From: Octopus sinensis
Lineage: Eukaryota
Direction of reading: 5' to 3'
Assembly (NCBI RefSeq): GCF_006345805.1
Contig: NC_042999.1
Span: 32,860,001 to 32,924,000, forward strand
Length of the DNA: 64,000 nt
The translations under genes were made by a program, and so were the position numbers. Shown piece by piece: positions 13,233-26,061 of this stretch. The notes under the pieces are model-generated. The model had not been told where the DNA came from, did not search any database, and saw nothing but the letters and a program-made list of their open reading frames with translations. Each line of letters starts with the position of its first letter. The stretch's first letter is position 1.

Positions 13233-16200
13233 ATCTCCATCTTTCAGACAGCATACATCCTCCCTTCACACATGAAAGCGCAATCCTGGCCATGCTCATT
13301 TGTTTAGCCCCTGAAGATGTGAGAATTAATTAGAGAATTAATTAGATATAACAGATGAATTAGCACATGTCAATTAGCACATGTCAATGTCGACTTGACC
13401 TGTTTCATTACCTGTTGACATAAATTACAAAATTAAAGATAGTTCGAATAAGATTTCCTAACGGATATCATGATCAGAATATAATGGAAAAAGAAGCAAA
13501 TGAAAACGCTTAGACCGAGAACCGATTGAAATAAATGAACTATTATGCCATGAATTTAACTCTCCAACTGAGAAACAATAAGGGGGACTAGAAATAATTA
13601 GATATGTGTTGATGGAATGCATAATAGGAATTCACGACTCTCATGATTTATCCAAAAGAATAGAAAGTATACATCTTGATGCGGTTGGTGATTTTCAGTG
13701 ACGAGGTACAACACCAATATTTATAGAAAAAAATATAGTGTCTGATGCAATGAATGCATTTTAGTGGACGAGCTATATACTGGCAGGAGTTTAAATTAGA
13801 TAGATTTGGCCTCCCATCAAGAATGTACAATAATCTCCAAATAAGTTTTTAAAAATTATTTAGTTAGCATATTGTATTAACAACTACACAAGAAATTACT
13901 GTTTCAAGACTTCGATATATTTCTGAGAAAACTGTAGAAAAAATTTAAATTGTAGAATGTTTGCCTATCTCTATTCTTCGTGGACCACTATAGAGTGCAC
14001 TTGGTTTACCAAGAAATCTCCTTAGAATTTATGCAGAAAGCAATAAATATTTTTCGGCTTGATAATGCAAAACAGGAATTGCTTGTGACGCAATGATTTC
14101 GGTTATTCTCGTTAATTTGTATTTTACATTTCGGCAACCCAGATGCTTTTCAATGGGTTATCAACTTTATTGAGTTGAAGACGTAGACATATAACGACAC
14201 AGTATCCATATTTTACTCCAAGCCATTATCGAGATAAGTTTCACTTTTCTTTAGAATTCGAATTGAAGACTTCGTTAATAGCGTGTTTACAGGGTATGCA
14301 ATAAAGTTGACAGCGTGCAATAGCATAATGCAATACATTAAGTTCAAAAGAAACGCAGCTATTACTCTAGTTTAAGTAGTAATAAATATTTTGTAAACGA
14401 ATCCACTTGGCTTCAATTCACATCTATCACGTTATTACATATCATTTTGAACGTTAGTCACTTGAACTTTTCAACAATATTTTCTACCAGCCTCCGTCTT
14501 CTTCGAGTTTTGTTATACCACCAGAGCCAACTGCCTTTTAATGAATTCGAAATTCGAGTATCTTCCATTCAGGTGTTTCTTTGCTCCTGACGATCCTGTT
14601 GAAACCTTCAACCCCTTTGGTCATAGCCCTTATTAGCTCTGATGGGAATCAACCTGCTATTGAGTTATTTGCCTTTTAATTCTTGTAGGCGCTAATTTTA
14701 GTCATTCCGACTGGAGAAACTCACTAAGGGGTCGGTTTTGTTGCCGACTGATCACCTGCTTGCACGTAGTATTGGATTTCAAGATCAGCCATAGCAGACT
14801 TTCATTAGTCTGAGAATGAATTGGCCCAAAAGACAGCTGTCTATATTTAAGAGAAAGATATGCGTTCAGTACCATCAGATGTTCATGGGATATAGTAACT
14901 TCTCTGTTCTGGGAGAAAAGAAGTACAAAACGTCTTTAAGAATTGGAAACATCCAGACATTTTGACGAGAATGTAAATTGAAGAAAATATGAGTTTGGGG
15001 ATAAAGAATACGAGGAGAGGTTGCCTCCATTGCTGCACACCTAAAATACTGCGGAACACATTTTACTGAACAATAACTGAGACTTGATTCTAAGTAATTT
15101 GGATGCGTTAAATACGATTAAATATTAAATTTTAGTCGGTTTGTCTCTGTCAGGTCCTGGTGATTCTTAACAGGGTATGCGCCAGTGTACTAGTGACTAA
15201 ATTACGTAGTTTTACGAAATAATAAACTTACCAAGGGAACTCTAAAATCAGAACGTAATCGAGTCAATTTCGTCCTCAATGCATCCAAAGTACCTAGAAC
15301 TAACTGTCAAATCTAATTCAATATATGTAATTTGTTCCTCGGTGTAGTCTTTAGATATTTTGGTGAGATTTATGGCTTTCGTAACTTTTTGACCCTTCAA
15401 CTATAGTTTGGAGTGATCTAGTATATTTAGCGTTTTTAATTATATGAATATTTTAAATGTCAGTGGAATGTTCCAACTAATGGTAGCACTTATATCTTCA
15501 CAACTATCTCCCTACTTCCATAAATTGTGTTCTTAGTATTAAAAAGCCGAATTCATGCAGTGCTAAGTAAATGCAGCGGAAGCTGAAAGTTGAAACGAAA
15601 AAAGTAAGAATTTCCATATATATCTTACTGCGTAAGCTTTATTCGAAAGCTTATTGTAACCGCGAATAAAAGCAACAGGGCATCTATGACATAATTATTT
15701 ATGTCTAATACATAAAACAGCCGTAAGATAATTCATTGTTTATTTTATTTTATGATGTACCTTCTCACTTTTCATTTCCAATTATTGTCAGATTGTTTCA
15801 TCATTACCATTTTCGTCCTGCCATTAGGCATATTCTTAATATCATATAAAATATCATATGATTGAATTAAGTTTCCCACAAGTACGTGTTCTTGTTATTA
15901 AATTTATTCTTTCATTCTCTTGTCTGTTATACCTCCTATAGGCATGACTTTTTCATTACATATTTTATTCTCTCTTAAATGGCGAAGTATCGAGCGCCTT
16001 AAGTTTCAAGCGAAATATTGATGAAAGTGCTTCTCTCACTAACTATAGTGATAATTTACTTTTCCTTTTTGTTTCCTAGAATGCAAAATAGATGCACGAT
16101 GTGGATCAATTTAAATGGAAAGAACTTCCCAGTGTTGCATATCCCATTATAGAACAACAAAACTAATTTTTGTATCTAATCCTCAGTTAGAATTGCAAAT

Positions 16201-16610
16201 TTTATTCATGACATTCACTTGGATATTTATAAGGACGAAACGTGACCTTACTTGGGATGAAATTCCATGAACATTTTAGATACTTCCTAAAAATTGAAAC
16301 AGACAGGCATTACTGACAATGGGAACTGTTATACATAACATATGAAGAAATTATAAAAGGTGTCAGTTTGATACATTTGACAAATTTGAATATAATATCA
16401 AGTAAAAACTACAACTATTTTCAGAAATAATTTATTTCTCTCTAAAAAAAAATGTATTTATTTTCGAGAACTTGAATTTGCTGGAGTTTGCTGAAAATCG
16501 CAATTGACTTCCGGTTTGATCACCTTTCCATCTCTCTTGAATTATGAGGGAGCAGTAACGCATGAGCGAGCAATTTACTAGACTCAACATCGTACGCGAA
16601 GAATTTCACC

Positions 16611-17247
16611 AATTTCAATTCCCACCATCCATGCAGTGTAAAGAGAGGAATTGCTCAGTGTCTAAAGCATCGAGCAAAGAATATAAGCAGCGATCGGGAT
16701 ACCCACTACGAAAAACTGATCAAGCACAGTAACAATCTCTTAAGCAACATCTACCCCCAAAACATACTATCTACTCCAATTATGAACAAAGGAGAGGATG
16801 AAACCAATAGACTGTCTGGAGTCTGTCTACCTTATGTGAAAGGCCTCTCCGAAGAGATACAGAAGATATGCGGCCATATGACATCAGGACAGTATTCAAG
16901 AGTAATACAACACTTCGCAAATGTCTCCTTCGGATAATACTACCAATAGAAGAGAATATGACCAAGAACTGCGTGTACTTCATTCCATGAAGCTTTGGTA
17001 GATTGTACAAAGGCGAAACATGCTGTGATACGAGGAGATATTGATAAATCGGTTATAGCTGATCATGTCTGGAAAAATGGAGACCACCTCCCGCTGGGGG
17101 ATGGAGTTAAATAAAAGGCAGAGAACACCACTGGAAATACGGAAAGTAAAAGAAGCAGAACATATGCTAGGACACAACAACCTCCTACTACGCAGACCGA
17201 GTGCAGATATGAATAGCATATGAGAACCGGTATTAAGGAAGAATAGG
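16611..17247 (+). mobile_element. Penelope-like retroelement ORF remnant: RT C-terminal region plus GIY-YIG endonuclease
   Basis: Translates NFNSHHPCSVKRGIAQCLKHRAKNISSD...NIYP...VCLPYVKGLSEEIQKIC/YDIRTVFKSNTTLRK...NCVYFIP*SFGRLYKGET...SVIADHVW. This is the PLE signature HHP.SVK, LPYV.G.SE, VY.IPC.CG..Y.GET, with frameshifts and a stop. Confidence 0.9.
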
Positions 17248-17295
17248 GAAATATTAGAGCTATAAGCCCTGAAAATTCACTCCATAATTGCCCAC

Positions 17296-17390
17296 GGGAA
17301 TATGGCGTAGTGGATAAGAGCGCAGGCTACTAACCCCAAGATTCCGAGATCGATTCCAGGTAGCAACTTGAAGAAGAAGAAGAAGAAGAG
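17296..17390 (+). mobile_element. tRNA-derived SINE head (tRNA-Ser-like) with (GAA)n tail
   Basis: A box tggcgtagtgg, anticodon arm ggctactaacc, degenerate B box gagatcgattcc, then gaagaagaag; no acceptor stem. Confidence 0.65.
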
Positions 17391-17606
17391 GATAACTGCA
17401 AATACATCTAGACCTTTAATAACTTTAGCAATATAATAATCTATAACGTTCCTCTGAACAAGGCTTGGACGTACGCTAATTAGAAAGGCATGCATTCCTT
17501 TTTATATGTTCATCATTTGTTTATCTGCAATTCCATTATACTGTCACATGACAACAATCCAAGATTGTTTACCCACAGACATGTATATATATATATATTA
17601 TATATA

Positions 17607-17647
<41 letters not shown>

Positions 17648-17873
17648 TGTGTGTGTGTGTGTGTATACATGTTTGATAGATACATAGATGGACAGATAAT
17701 TTCTCTGTACATATATGTGTGTTATCCTGCATAATATTCACCTTAATAATAATAATGATAATAATAATAAGGAAAGTAAACGGGTGGAGCCTCCTCCTCC
17801 TCATGAGCTGGTTTATGATACATCTAGTGATGGTGTCATAATAAAAAAAACACTTGTAATTGTGCAATCTGAT

Positions 17874-18642
17874 AATAAGGCAGGTGTGTTTGATGGTCGA
17901 CAGATTCTTACTCTTGTACGTGATCAAAATGATGGATGTCAAGGACAGATCTAATGACTTTCATTCGTGATGGCAATAGAAAATTTTATCGGTGATAAAA
18001 AGGCCAAGAAGTATCAAACTCTCGTAGCTAATATGTTGTCAGTTTTACTTAATGTCACATTCTATTTCATGTACAGTTATTTTGGTAAATTCCCTGAGCA
18101 CCTAGGAGCCGTAAGTGATCAACGAAGCAAGCGGTTCTATTAGGACCGCAAGACCATGGAAGACCGTTACCTGGCGAAATAGGACAAACGTATATTAGCA
18201 GACTACTGTTGGAGCATTAAGAGAAATTGTCCTGGCACTGTCCACAAGCAGATGAGTTTCAATTACAAATCCCTGCGTGAATAGACTGAAATCGAGCTTT
18301 GCCTACTCAAAGTAACTAATTTCTTATTTATAAATCTCTTTTATAATACGTATAACTTTATTAGGGAAAATATTTCAAATTGTGTTCTTCAATAAATTTA
18401 TACTATCTTAAATTTTCCTAGTTATTAATCAGTAATTTAAAGCGATTATCATCACATATTTCTTCTGATAGTCTATGACGTTAATGTGATGAAGACGAAA
18501 TTTTGAGATTTTGAAATACTTTGATTGCGAAAAATAAATGGAGCATTTATGAAATAATGAACTTCAGATCTGAAATCTATGCACTGAAATTAGGCAATAA
18601 AATGTGTTGATATCAATTAAACTAAAAGTTTGTTGACCAGTG
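17874..18642 (+). mobile_element. Chapaev3-type (CMC) DNA transposon 3' remnant
   Basis: Translated pieces KAGVFDGRQILTLVRD, IENFIGDKKAKKYQTLVANML and FPEHLGAVSD...YCWSIKR match the KAG.FDGPQI / FPENLGAVSDEQGERFHQD / DYCW C-terminus that I recall for Chapaev3 transposases. Ends in ttgaccagtg (CACTG terminus). Confidence 0.75.
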
Positions 18643-18798
18643 CTATCTGTTAATCAATGTACACACACACATATACATACACACAAACGCACATATATAC
18701 ATACACACATGCATACGTACATGCATACCTACATACATACACACACACAAGCACACATACACACACAAATACACACCCGCACACACACACACACACAT

Positions 18799-18833
<35 letters not shown>

Positions 18834-19653
18834 GTGGACTCTCCTGCTGTCGTTAGACCATGAAGAGGATTTACTTATAGTGATCAAATGTTTGTATTCA
18901 AATGAGCTCGCTCTCTCCATAAAATCGATATTACCTGTACAGGTGCATTATGTTCTAGGGCAATGTCATCGTGTGAGACGTGTCGAAATTACGAGCAAAA
19001 GGAGTAAGTTCCATTGCATAAAATCTAGAGCTTCGAGTGACAAACTAACCTCAGATTTGAATTCAGTACTCTCAAACAAATACTGGTATTAAATCAACAA
19101 AAAAATTCCCCTCCTGTATTGTGTAAGAGTAACATGTAATTGTCTTAACTGTGCTACTGTTTCTCTATTCCGAGATATATCGCTTCTATTCTCTATAATT
19201 ATTCTTTTACACTTCAAGATCGTCATGGTTTTGTTCCCAATTTTTATACAGGGTCTATACTCTAGATAATCAGATATTGTGGTTTTACGTTATTTTGTTC
19301 TCATAAATCAATGTATGTAATGCTGTTCACGTTAACAATGAAACAGTTTTACTAGTTCACTCTTTGCTCTTACAAGAAATTCACCAAGTATGTTCTAATT
19401 ATAGTTACGTACAATACAGGGATAAGCCTATGATGATCAAGTGTTGAGCATATTAGAGATGTGGATGACAGGAAATTTTGGTATCAATTACAGAGAACGA
19501 GAAACGTTTTGTTATGCTATCACAGTTGGTTTACCGCGTCAAGATTTTATATAGTCTGTCAGTCTTATAATCAAATCAAGTCAATAAGCGTCTAAATACA
19601 TATCTGATAATCTCCAAAGCAATACGAAGGTCGATATTCACGAACTATTTGCG

Positions 19654-20478
19654 TATGCAGAACTATTATTTGATTAGTTTAACTTTCGTATGGCAGGGAA
19701 CGGTTTTTAGAAGTGTTTGTAAAGGTAACTTTGTATTTGAGAGGTATACATAGGATGGGTTTTCTAAAAAAGGATTTAATTCAATAATGATTAAGTATGA
19801 CGTTGCTAATTTTCTCTATACCCGAAGTTTTAATGCTAATATCCGAAGTGAAAATCAGTATTTATTCATATGATCTTTCTGTTTCTGCTAACATTTACTT
19901 CACAATTATAGTCACAAGAGTGGCTGTGTGGTAATAAGCTGGCTTACCAAGCACTTGATTCCGGGCCCAGCCTTATTGCGTGGCCCTTTGGAGAAAGTGT
20001 CTTCTAATATTGTCTCAGACCGAACTAAGCCTTGCAAGTGGATTTGGTAGACGAAAACTGAAGGAAAGCCATCTAATGTGTTTATGTGTGTGTGTCTTCC
20101 TCCGCTGTCACCGCCTGACACCTGGTGTTGGTATTTACATTTCTGCCACATAGTGATTCGGCGAAAGGGCCCGGTAAAATAAGTACTAGGTTTCAAAAGA
20201 CAATAAATACTGGGACCAATAAATTCGACTAAAATTTCCTTGAGTTGGTGCTTCATCATGGCCGCAGTCTAATGACTGAAACCAGTAAGAAAAAAATGTT
20301 TATTCGCATATGCAGAATTATTATTTGATTAGTTTAACTTTCGTACGGCAGGGAAAGGTTTTTAGAAGTGTTTGTAAAGGTGACTTTGTATTTGAGAGGT
20401 ATACATAGGATGGGTTTTCTAAAGAGGGCTATAATTCAATAATGATTAAGTATGACGTTGTTAATTTTCTCTATACCC
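19654..20478 (+). repeat. 170-bp direct repeat pair (19654-19823 and 20309-20478)
   Basis: tatgcagaa...ttttctctataccc occurs twice with few substitutions, with a SINE between the copies. Confidence 0.9.
19905..20296 (+). mobile_element. tRNA-derived SINE family A, full length
   Basis: Head gtggctgtgtggtaa, central ccttgggcaagtgtcttc-like domain, internal GT tract, tail catggccgcagtctaatgactgaaac; homologous to 28440-28840, 46150-46400, 59347-60558 and 63524-63897. Confidence 0.85.
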
Positions 20479-22028
20479 AAATGAAACCTAATTAATTTGG
20501 CTCTTGATCAAATGAAATCTATACATTCAACATTCTTTTTTCACAACTAAATTACACTGGGCTACAGAATATGTGCTTCTTTTATCTATGATAGAGTTTG
20601 GTTTAAGCTATATTTAGATGCTCTTTCTAATTGGATGACATAACAGGCATAGGCCAGTTAGTTTACAAGTCTAGTTGTAAGTTAAAGGCTTATATATAGC
20701 ATTCATGGTATCTTCTACATTAATAATACTAATTAATCTTGTTAAGTTTTTACTTTTATTATTTTTATTGTTTGTCCGCCACATGCACAAACTTAGTAAT
20801 GCAAAGTATTTATTTTATTTTAATTTTATTATCCTCATAGTTGGTCCGCCCCATGCAAACTTAGAGTCAACAGCCTGTAGCATTTACCTAGTATTGCAAA
20901 GTTTTTATTTTATTTTATTTTTATTATCGTTATTGTTGGTTCGCCCAATGCACAAATTTAGAGACAACAGTCTCTATCATTTACCTAGTATTGCCATTTT
21001 ATTATAATTGTGTTCTTAATTAGATTACTTAAATGGAAAATCCTTACAAAGATTACAGAAATGATTATGGTTTCTTGATTGTAAGATTGTATTATTTACT
21101 TTTCTTATCGAGTATTAATGCATTAATATGCTCTGCAGTTTATGATAAATGTCTCTGTTACAGTGAATATATCACGCTTAATGGCACACTGGAATTTGAT
21201 GCACTAAACAACCTCGCAGGATAACAAAGAAAGAACTGCAAAATTAATGCCCAAATTAAACACTTAAATTAATGCGTAATGATATTTATATCAGAAGGAT
21301 ATGGCTCAATGTAAACCTAATTATGACGAAGTTAATCGTTGTTAAACTATTTTAACGTTAAAATTGTTAGCGTTAATGAACTAACGCTGTCATCAGTATA
21401 ATATAATTTCAGTAATTTTGAGTGTGCTATAGAGATAATCGTCTACTCGTTTAATAAAATAAAATTATTATTTAGTCACCGCAATATATTCAATTAGCGA
21501 ATGATATGGAAATGAACAGCTGCCGGTATAAGTGAAGTATGAAGTCGCTGAGGTTGTTTACATTTGATTAGTTTACATTAGAAATCACAGAAATTAAAAT
21601 AATCATTGAGAATTTTAAATTATGAATACTTTGCATTATTAGGTAAATGATACAGACTGCTGACTCTAAATTTATGCATGGACGGACCAACAATAAAGAT
21701 AATGAAAATAAAAACCAAACAACATTAATTAGCATTATTAATGTAGGAGATACCTTGGATGCTAGATCACCTTTGTATATAAATCTTTAACTTACAACTA
21801 GACTAGCAAACTAATTAGCCTACACACGTTTTGCCATCTAATTAGATAGAGCAGTTAAATATAGCTTAAACCAAACTCTATCATAAATAAAAGAAGCACA
21901 TATTCTGTAGCCCAGTGTAATATTAGTTGCGAAAAAAGAAAGTTGAATGTTTAAATTTCATATGACCAAGGGTCAAATTAATTAGGTTTCATTTGGGTAT
22001 AGAGAAAATTAACAATGTCATACTCAAT
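20446..22028. mobile_element. Foldback-like element with long (~400 bp) imperfect inverted arms containing tandem subrepeats
   Basis: About 20446-20905 is the reverse complement of about 21627-22028. The left arm has three ~85-95 bp subrepeats (ggtccgcc..atgca.aaa.ttagag..catttacctagtattgc) and the right arm has one. Confidence 0.85.
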
Positions 22029-23859
22029 TGTTACATACAAATCTGTTTGACAATCAGCACTGATCAAACAGGCATCTCCACCAAGGCTGCTAGAGGAGGA
22101 GGGCCAAATTATTTTATTTACACATTTTGCATGATCATGCACATCTGAGAATGACTGGTATATACTATCGGTATGACTGTAGCTGGTTTTGACAGCATAC
22201 GATATGCGAAGGTAAAAGCAATGGTGTGATTTTTGTGGAGATAAATCTATGAATATTTACGAAGTAATATATTATGGAAAACATTTTCCCTATGCTCAAG
22301 CGGTTCAAATGTAAGAATGCAACATCGATAAAGCTGGAGGTGGTACTGCAACCTTAAAGTATGAATGCTGCCATCAATGTATTATGTGAAACTTGAAATT
22401 AAGCCAGAACGACGTGAAAGTGTGTTTTGTCATCTGAGGGCATCGAGCCCTGTTGGTGACCTGCGGTACAAAGTGTCGTTTTACAATCATGAGAGGGCCA
22501 AAGCAAATACAATTTCATCAATATATGACATGAGAGCACGTAGCACACTCTCAATGATTGTTTCAGAACATTTTATAGACACCAGTAGATTCAAATATTC
22601 GCTCCAGCGAATTGAATTCACACAGCTATAACTGTCATGGTTGAGATGTCAAAAGTCAAAGTATCACCGAATCTCAATAGGTTGCAATTTATTGTTTGAT
22701 TACATTATATAAAAATTGTGAATCATATTATTGTCTTAAGTTGTAAGTATGCTTTCATAGAAACAAAAATTAATTTAAGAATATTTACTCTTGAAGAAAG
22801 TTATATGTCACACAAACATACGGAATCAATATAATAACCAAATATTCAACAAATCGTAACTTTCTAATAGCATAGCATTATGTCCTTGGTTATAAACAAA
22901 AACCCATTCTGACCAGACGAACGGTCACTTTCACTTTCTCTCTCCTGCTTTAACTCATTCCATTGACATTTATCACCATACATATATCAGTAATGTCTCA
23001 TACGCTATGCAAGAAGCTTAATTTCTTCACGATCTGTAAAATAATCTTGCTGTCAATGACGTTATTCGGCCCCAATAAGACACATGATACGACTCATCCC
23101 GTACCCGCCTTATGCTTATGTTGTTGGAAACATTGGTATACGTCAACTTTGGTGCCAGAATCTGTAGCCGCAGTTCTTGTATTCCTTAAAGTCATGATGC
23201 ATGTCACAAATCTGTTATCTGGCCTGTGTTGCATTGTTCTCTTAATTTCTTTACCCGTGTTTTGGTCTTGAAGACGTGGTATACTCTACATTTCGATACG
23301 CTGCATCTCAAATGATGAGCTACATTCTTCCATACTTTGGCGAAAACACATTCACTTGTTTACTGATTGAAGTATAGAAACAATTTCTAATGTTTGAAAG
23401 ACATCAGGATATCTTTCTTCATGCTACATACATGTTTAAATTAGACGATTAAGAATTCACTTCATTTCCTGAGGTTTATCGTCAGTACGTTCACCTTTTC
23501 TTTACGCTGGCTCATATAAAAAACATTACGTGTGATCTACAGCGTTTTATAAGAATATATATTGTTGTTATGTTGTTGGTCATTATTGTAATTTTGTTGT
23601 TATTTTCTTGGTTCTGTTATCACTCACCATATGATTTTGAATCTTGTTTCTCCTTTCAAAATATTTACTTTTTCCTGTTTCCATTATGTAATTTATGATT
23701 GTTTATGCTTGCAGCTCTGTCTGTGTAATTAACTTTGTGTATTGTTTTCTTTTTAATCATTTGTCTTTTTGTTAGAATATAATTTGTGTACATCACAGAC
23801 GTAGCTTGCAACACTTCAGTAAAGACCACTCCACCCTACTATTTCTGCTGTGCACATAC

Positions 23860-24050
23860 AAGGTGGCGAGCTGGCAGAATCGTTAGAACATCAGACGGAA
23901 TGCTTCATGGCAATTCTTCCGGCTTTACTTTGTGAGTTCAAATATCGAAAAAATATAGACTTTATCTTTCATTATTTCGGGGTCGACACAATAGGTACCA
24001 ATTGAGAACTGTGCCGATTTCATCGCACAAATGTCTCTCCAAAGCAAAAA
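23860..24050 (+). mobile_element. tRNA-derived SINE family B (diverged)
   Basis: ggcgagctggcagaatcgttag...gagttcaaat...ttcggggtcgac; homologous to 37562-37795. Confidence 0.8.
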
Positions 24051-24059
24051 AATATTGTC

Positions 24060-24372
24060 TGTGACGTCCTGTTTTTGTTATTGTTATTAGCATTATTGTT
24101 TTTACGTATTTTTGTATTCTTATTCGTGTAACATCGTCCGTTTTCCCGTCCTTGTTTTGTATACATTCGAGGCTTTCTTCCAAGGAATCTAATGTGCTTG
24201 GTTTAGATTTTCCTTTGGGCTGGCCAGGTCGGAGCAATCTCAAGATTAATCAGCCAAAATTGCGAGGATGATCCGGTTCTTCACTGAAGATTGAAGGTTT
24301 CGAATGTCCCGTCCGTGTTTTTTGTATCGTCTTCTAAATGTTTTGTGTTCTTGTCCCAGTTTGAATTTGTTT

Positions 24373-24439
<67 letters not shown>

Positions 24440-24474
24440 TGCGTGTATGTGTGTGTGTATGTATGTATGCTTAT

Positions 24475-24527
<53 letters not shown>

Positions 24528-25520
24528 CTTACAAGGTGAGCAATAGTGTGCGTACGCTGCTATATGTATGTATAACAAAAAAAAATTGGAAGAAGAGCGC
24601 AAGAGACGACAATAAATTCACACGGACTGATAGACTACACAAAGACGGACAGGAAAAGACAAGGACAGACCACCCGTGGCCCTCCATTCATCAGACAAGC
24701 CTCCAAACCATCACCACAGCCTCGGCCCGTCACACGTGAGACTCTCCAAAGTTGGCCGGCCCAAAAAATATAAGCCAAGCGCACTATATTCCTGGAACAA
24801 AGCAAGCGACCCTGCACGACAACACACCCCAAAATAATCAAGAAAACGGAGAAACTGTCACGCAAACACAAAAACAAACAAAAACAAGACAGCAACAGGT
24901 GTCTTTCGACTCACAATGACGCATCTAGTTCAGCTGGCGTGTGGACTGAAAGCCTTGAGGCATAAACATAGATGAAAGTCTAGTGACAGGAAAATAAGGT
25001 GCTGTACGGAGGATGTGTTGACCGTTTGGAGACTTGGCTGATGAATTGAGGGCCACGGTTGGTCCGTCCTTGTTTTTCCTCTCCGTCTTTGTGATGTCTG
25101 TCTGTCCGTGTGTTTTTATTGTCATCTGTTGCATTCTTGTTCCATTTATTGGATTTATATATACATATAGCGGCGTACGTACACATTTTGTGCACCTTCT
25201 CAGTAAGTATGTATCTAAATTCAGTACGAGGTTTTTACTCCCTCGTTCAGAGCTTTCTTCTTTCCTGCCTGTTTTCTTTTTTTTTGTTCCCTCTCTCTAT
25301 TTCTTGGCATTCTTTTTCTTTAATCTCTCTTTTGTTATCTCCCTTGTACCTTTCTCTTTGCCCCTTCCACACTCTCTCTATATCTCTCTAGCTTCTTCGC
25401 TGATTCTTCTAGCCCTCTGTCTCCACCTCTCTCTTTCCCTTCCGGTCTTCGGCAAATCCAGGATTGCGCTCGACACTCTGGCAAGTAAGTAACTCGAGGT
25501 GAATTAAGGACAATCTGCAT
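24060..25520. mobile_element. Probable PLE-derived composite with internal inverted repeat (24590-24709 vs 25024-25145)
   Basis: Arms align as reverse complements (tcatcagacaagcctccaaac vs gtttggagacttggctgatga). Strong strand-asymmetric purine bias; only degenerate HHR-like words. Confidence 0.5.
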
Positions 25521-25607
25521 TTTCTGTTCGTCTGTGTATTTAGTACATGATCATATGTTTACTTACTAGACGTATTTTAATTGCACACACATACACACAC
25601 GTATATA

Positions 25608-25688
<81 letters not shown>

Positions 25689-25743
25689 TAAGTATAGGAA
25701 GAAATGGAGCTGAACAAAGATTTAACAAAATTCCTTTTTATTA

Positions 25744-25827
25744 TTTTCTACATATGTTTCGAAGGCTGCAAAGTCCCTAATTCGGATTGAATAAGGAGTC
25801 CAGTTTGCAGCCTTCTCTTCACGAAAA
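25744..25827 (-). ncRNA. Type I hammerhead motif with 12-bp stem II and C3G core change (family H2)
   Basis: Minus strand reads UUUUC-GUGAAGA-GAAGGCUGCAAA...UUUGCAGCCUUC-GAAAC-AUAU-GU-A-GAAAA. Confidence 0.7.
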
Positions 25828-25896
25828 TCCAGGAACTTAATTCTCCTACAAAATGCACAGCAAGCTTTTCGACAAGCGCTCATATATATATATGCA

Positions 25897-25953
<57 letters not shown>

Positions 25954-26009
25954 GGTATATATATATATATATATTATATATATATATATATATATATGCA
26001 GGTATATAT

Positions 26010-26061
<52 letters not shown>

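Noticed and set aside
14440-14570. Short minus-strand frame MEDTRISNSLKGSWLWWYNKTRRRRRLVENIVEKFK, and candidate exons at about 16078 and 47240
   Set aside because: Too short, with no consistent splice phase or recognisable homology, so no host gene can be called.
17296-17390. Possible tRNA genes (also 41461-41540, 51060-51127 and 55230-55300)
   Set aside because: No acceptor-stem pairing, altered B boxes and attached repeat bodies or tails indicate SINE heads.
20770-21000. Repeat-spacer-like array that might be read as CRISPR
   Set aside because: Eukaryotic context, long degenerate units without unique spacers, and no cas genes; these are foldback subrepeats.
21330-21400. CTGATGA followed by hairpin AGCGTTA/TAACGCT on the minus strand inside the foldback core
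   Set aside because: No GAAA after the stem and no stem I, so it does not satisfy the hammerhead consensus.
22200-22630. Cys-containing coding-like stretch and ORF 22365-22631
   Set aside because: Possibly DNA-transposon debris, but I could not match any motif confidently.
24280-24315. HHR-like words CTGAAGA...TTCGAATGTC (similar partial words at about 14598, 41268 and 13312)
   Set aside because: The core is incomplete and stems I and II do not pair; at most decayed relics.
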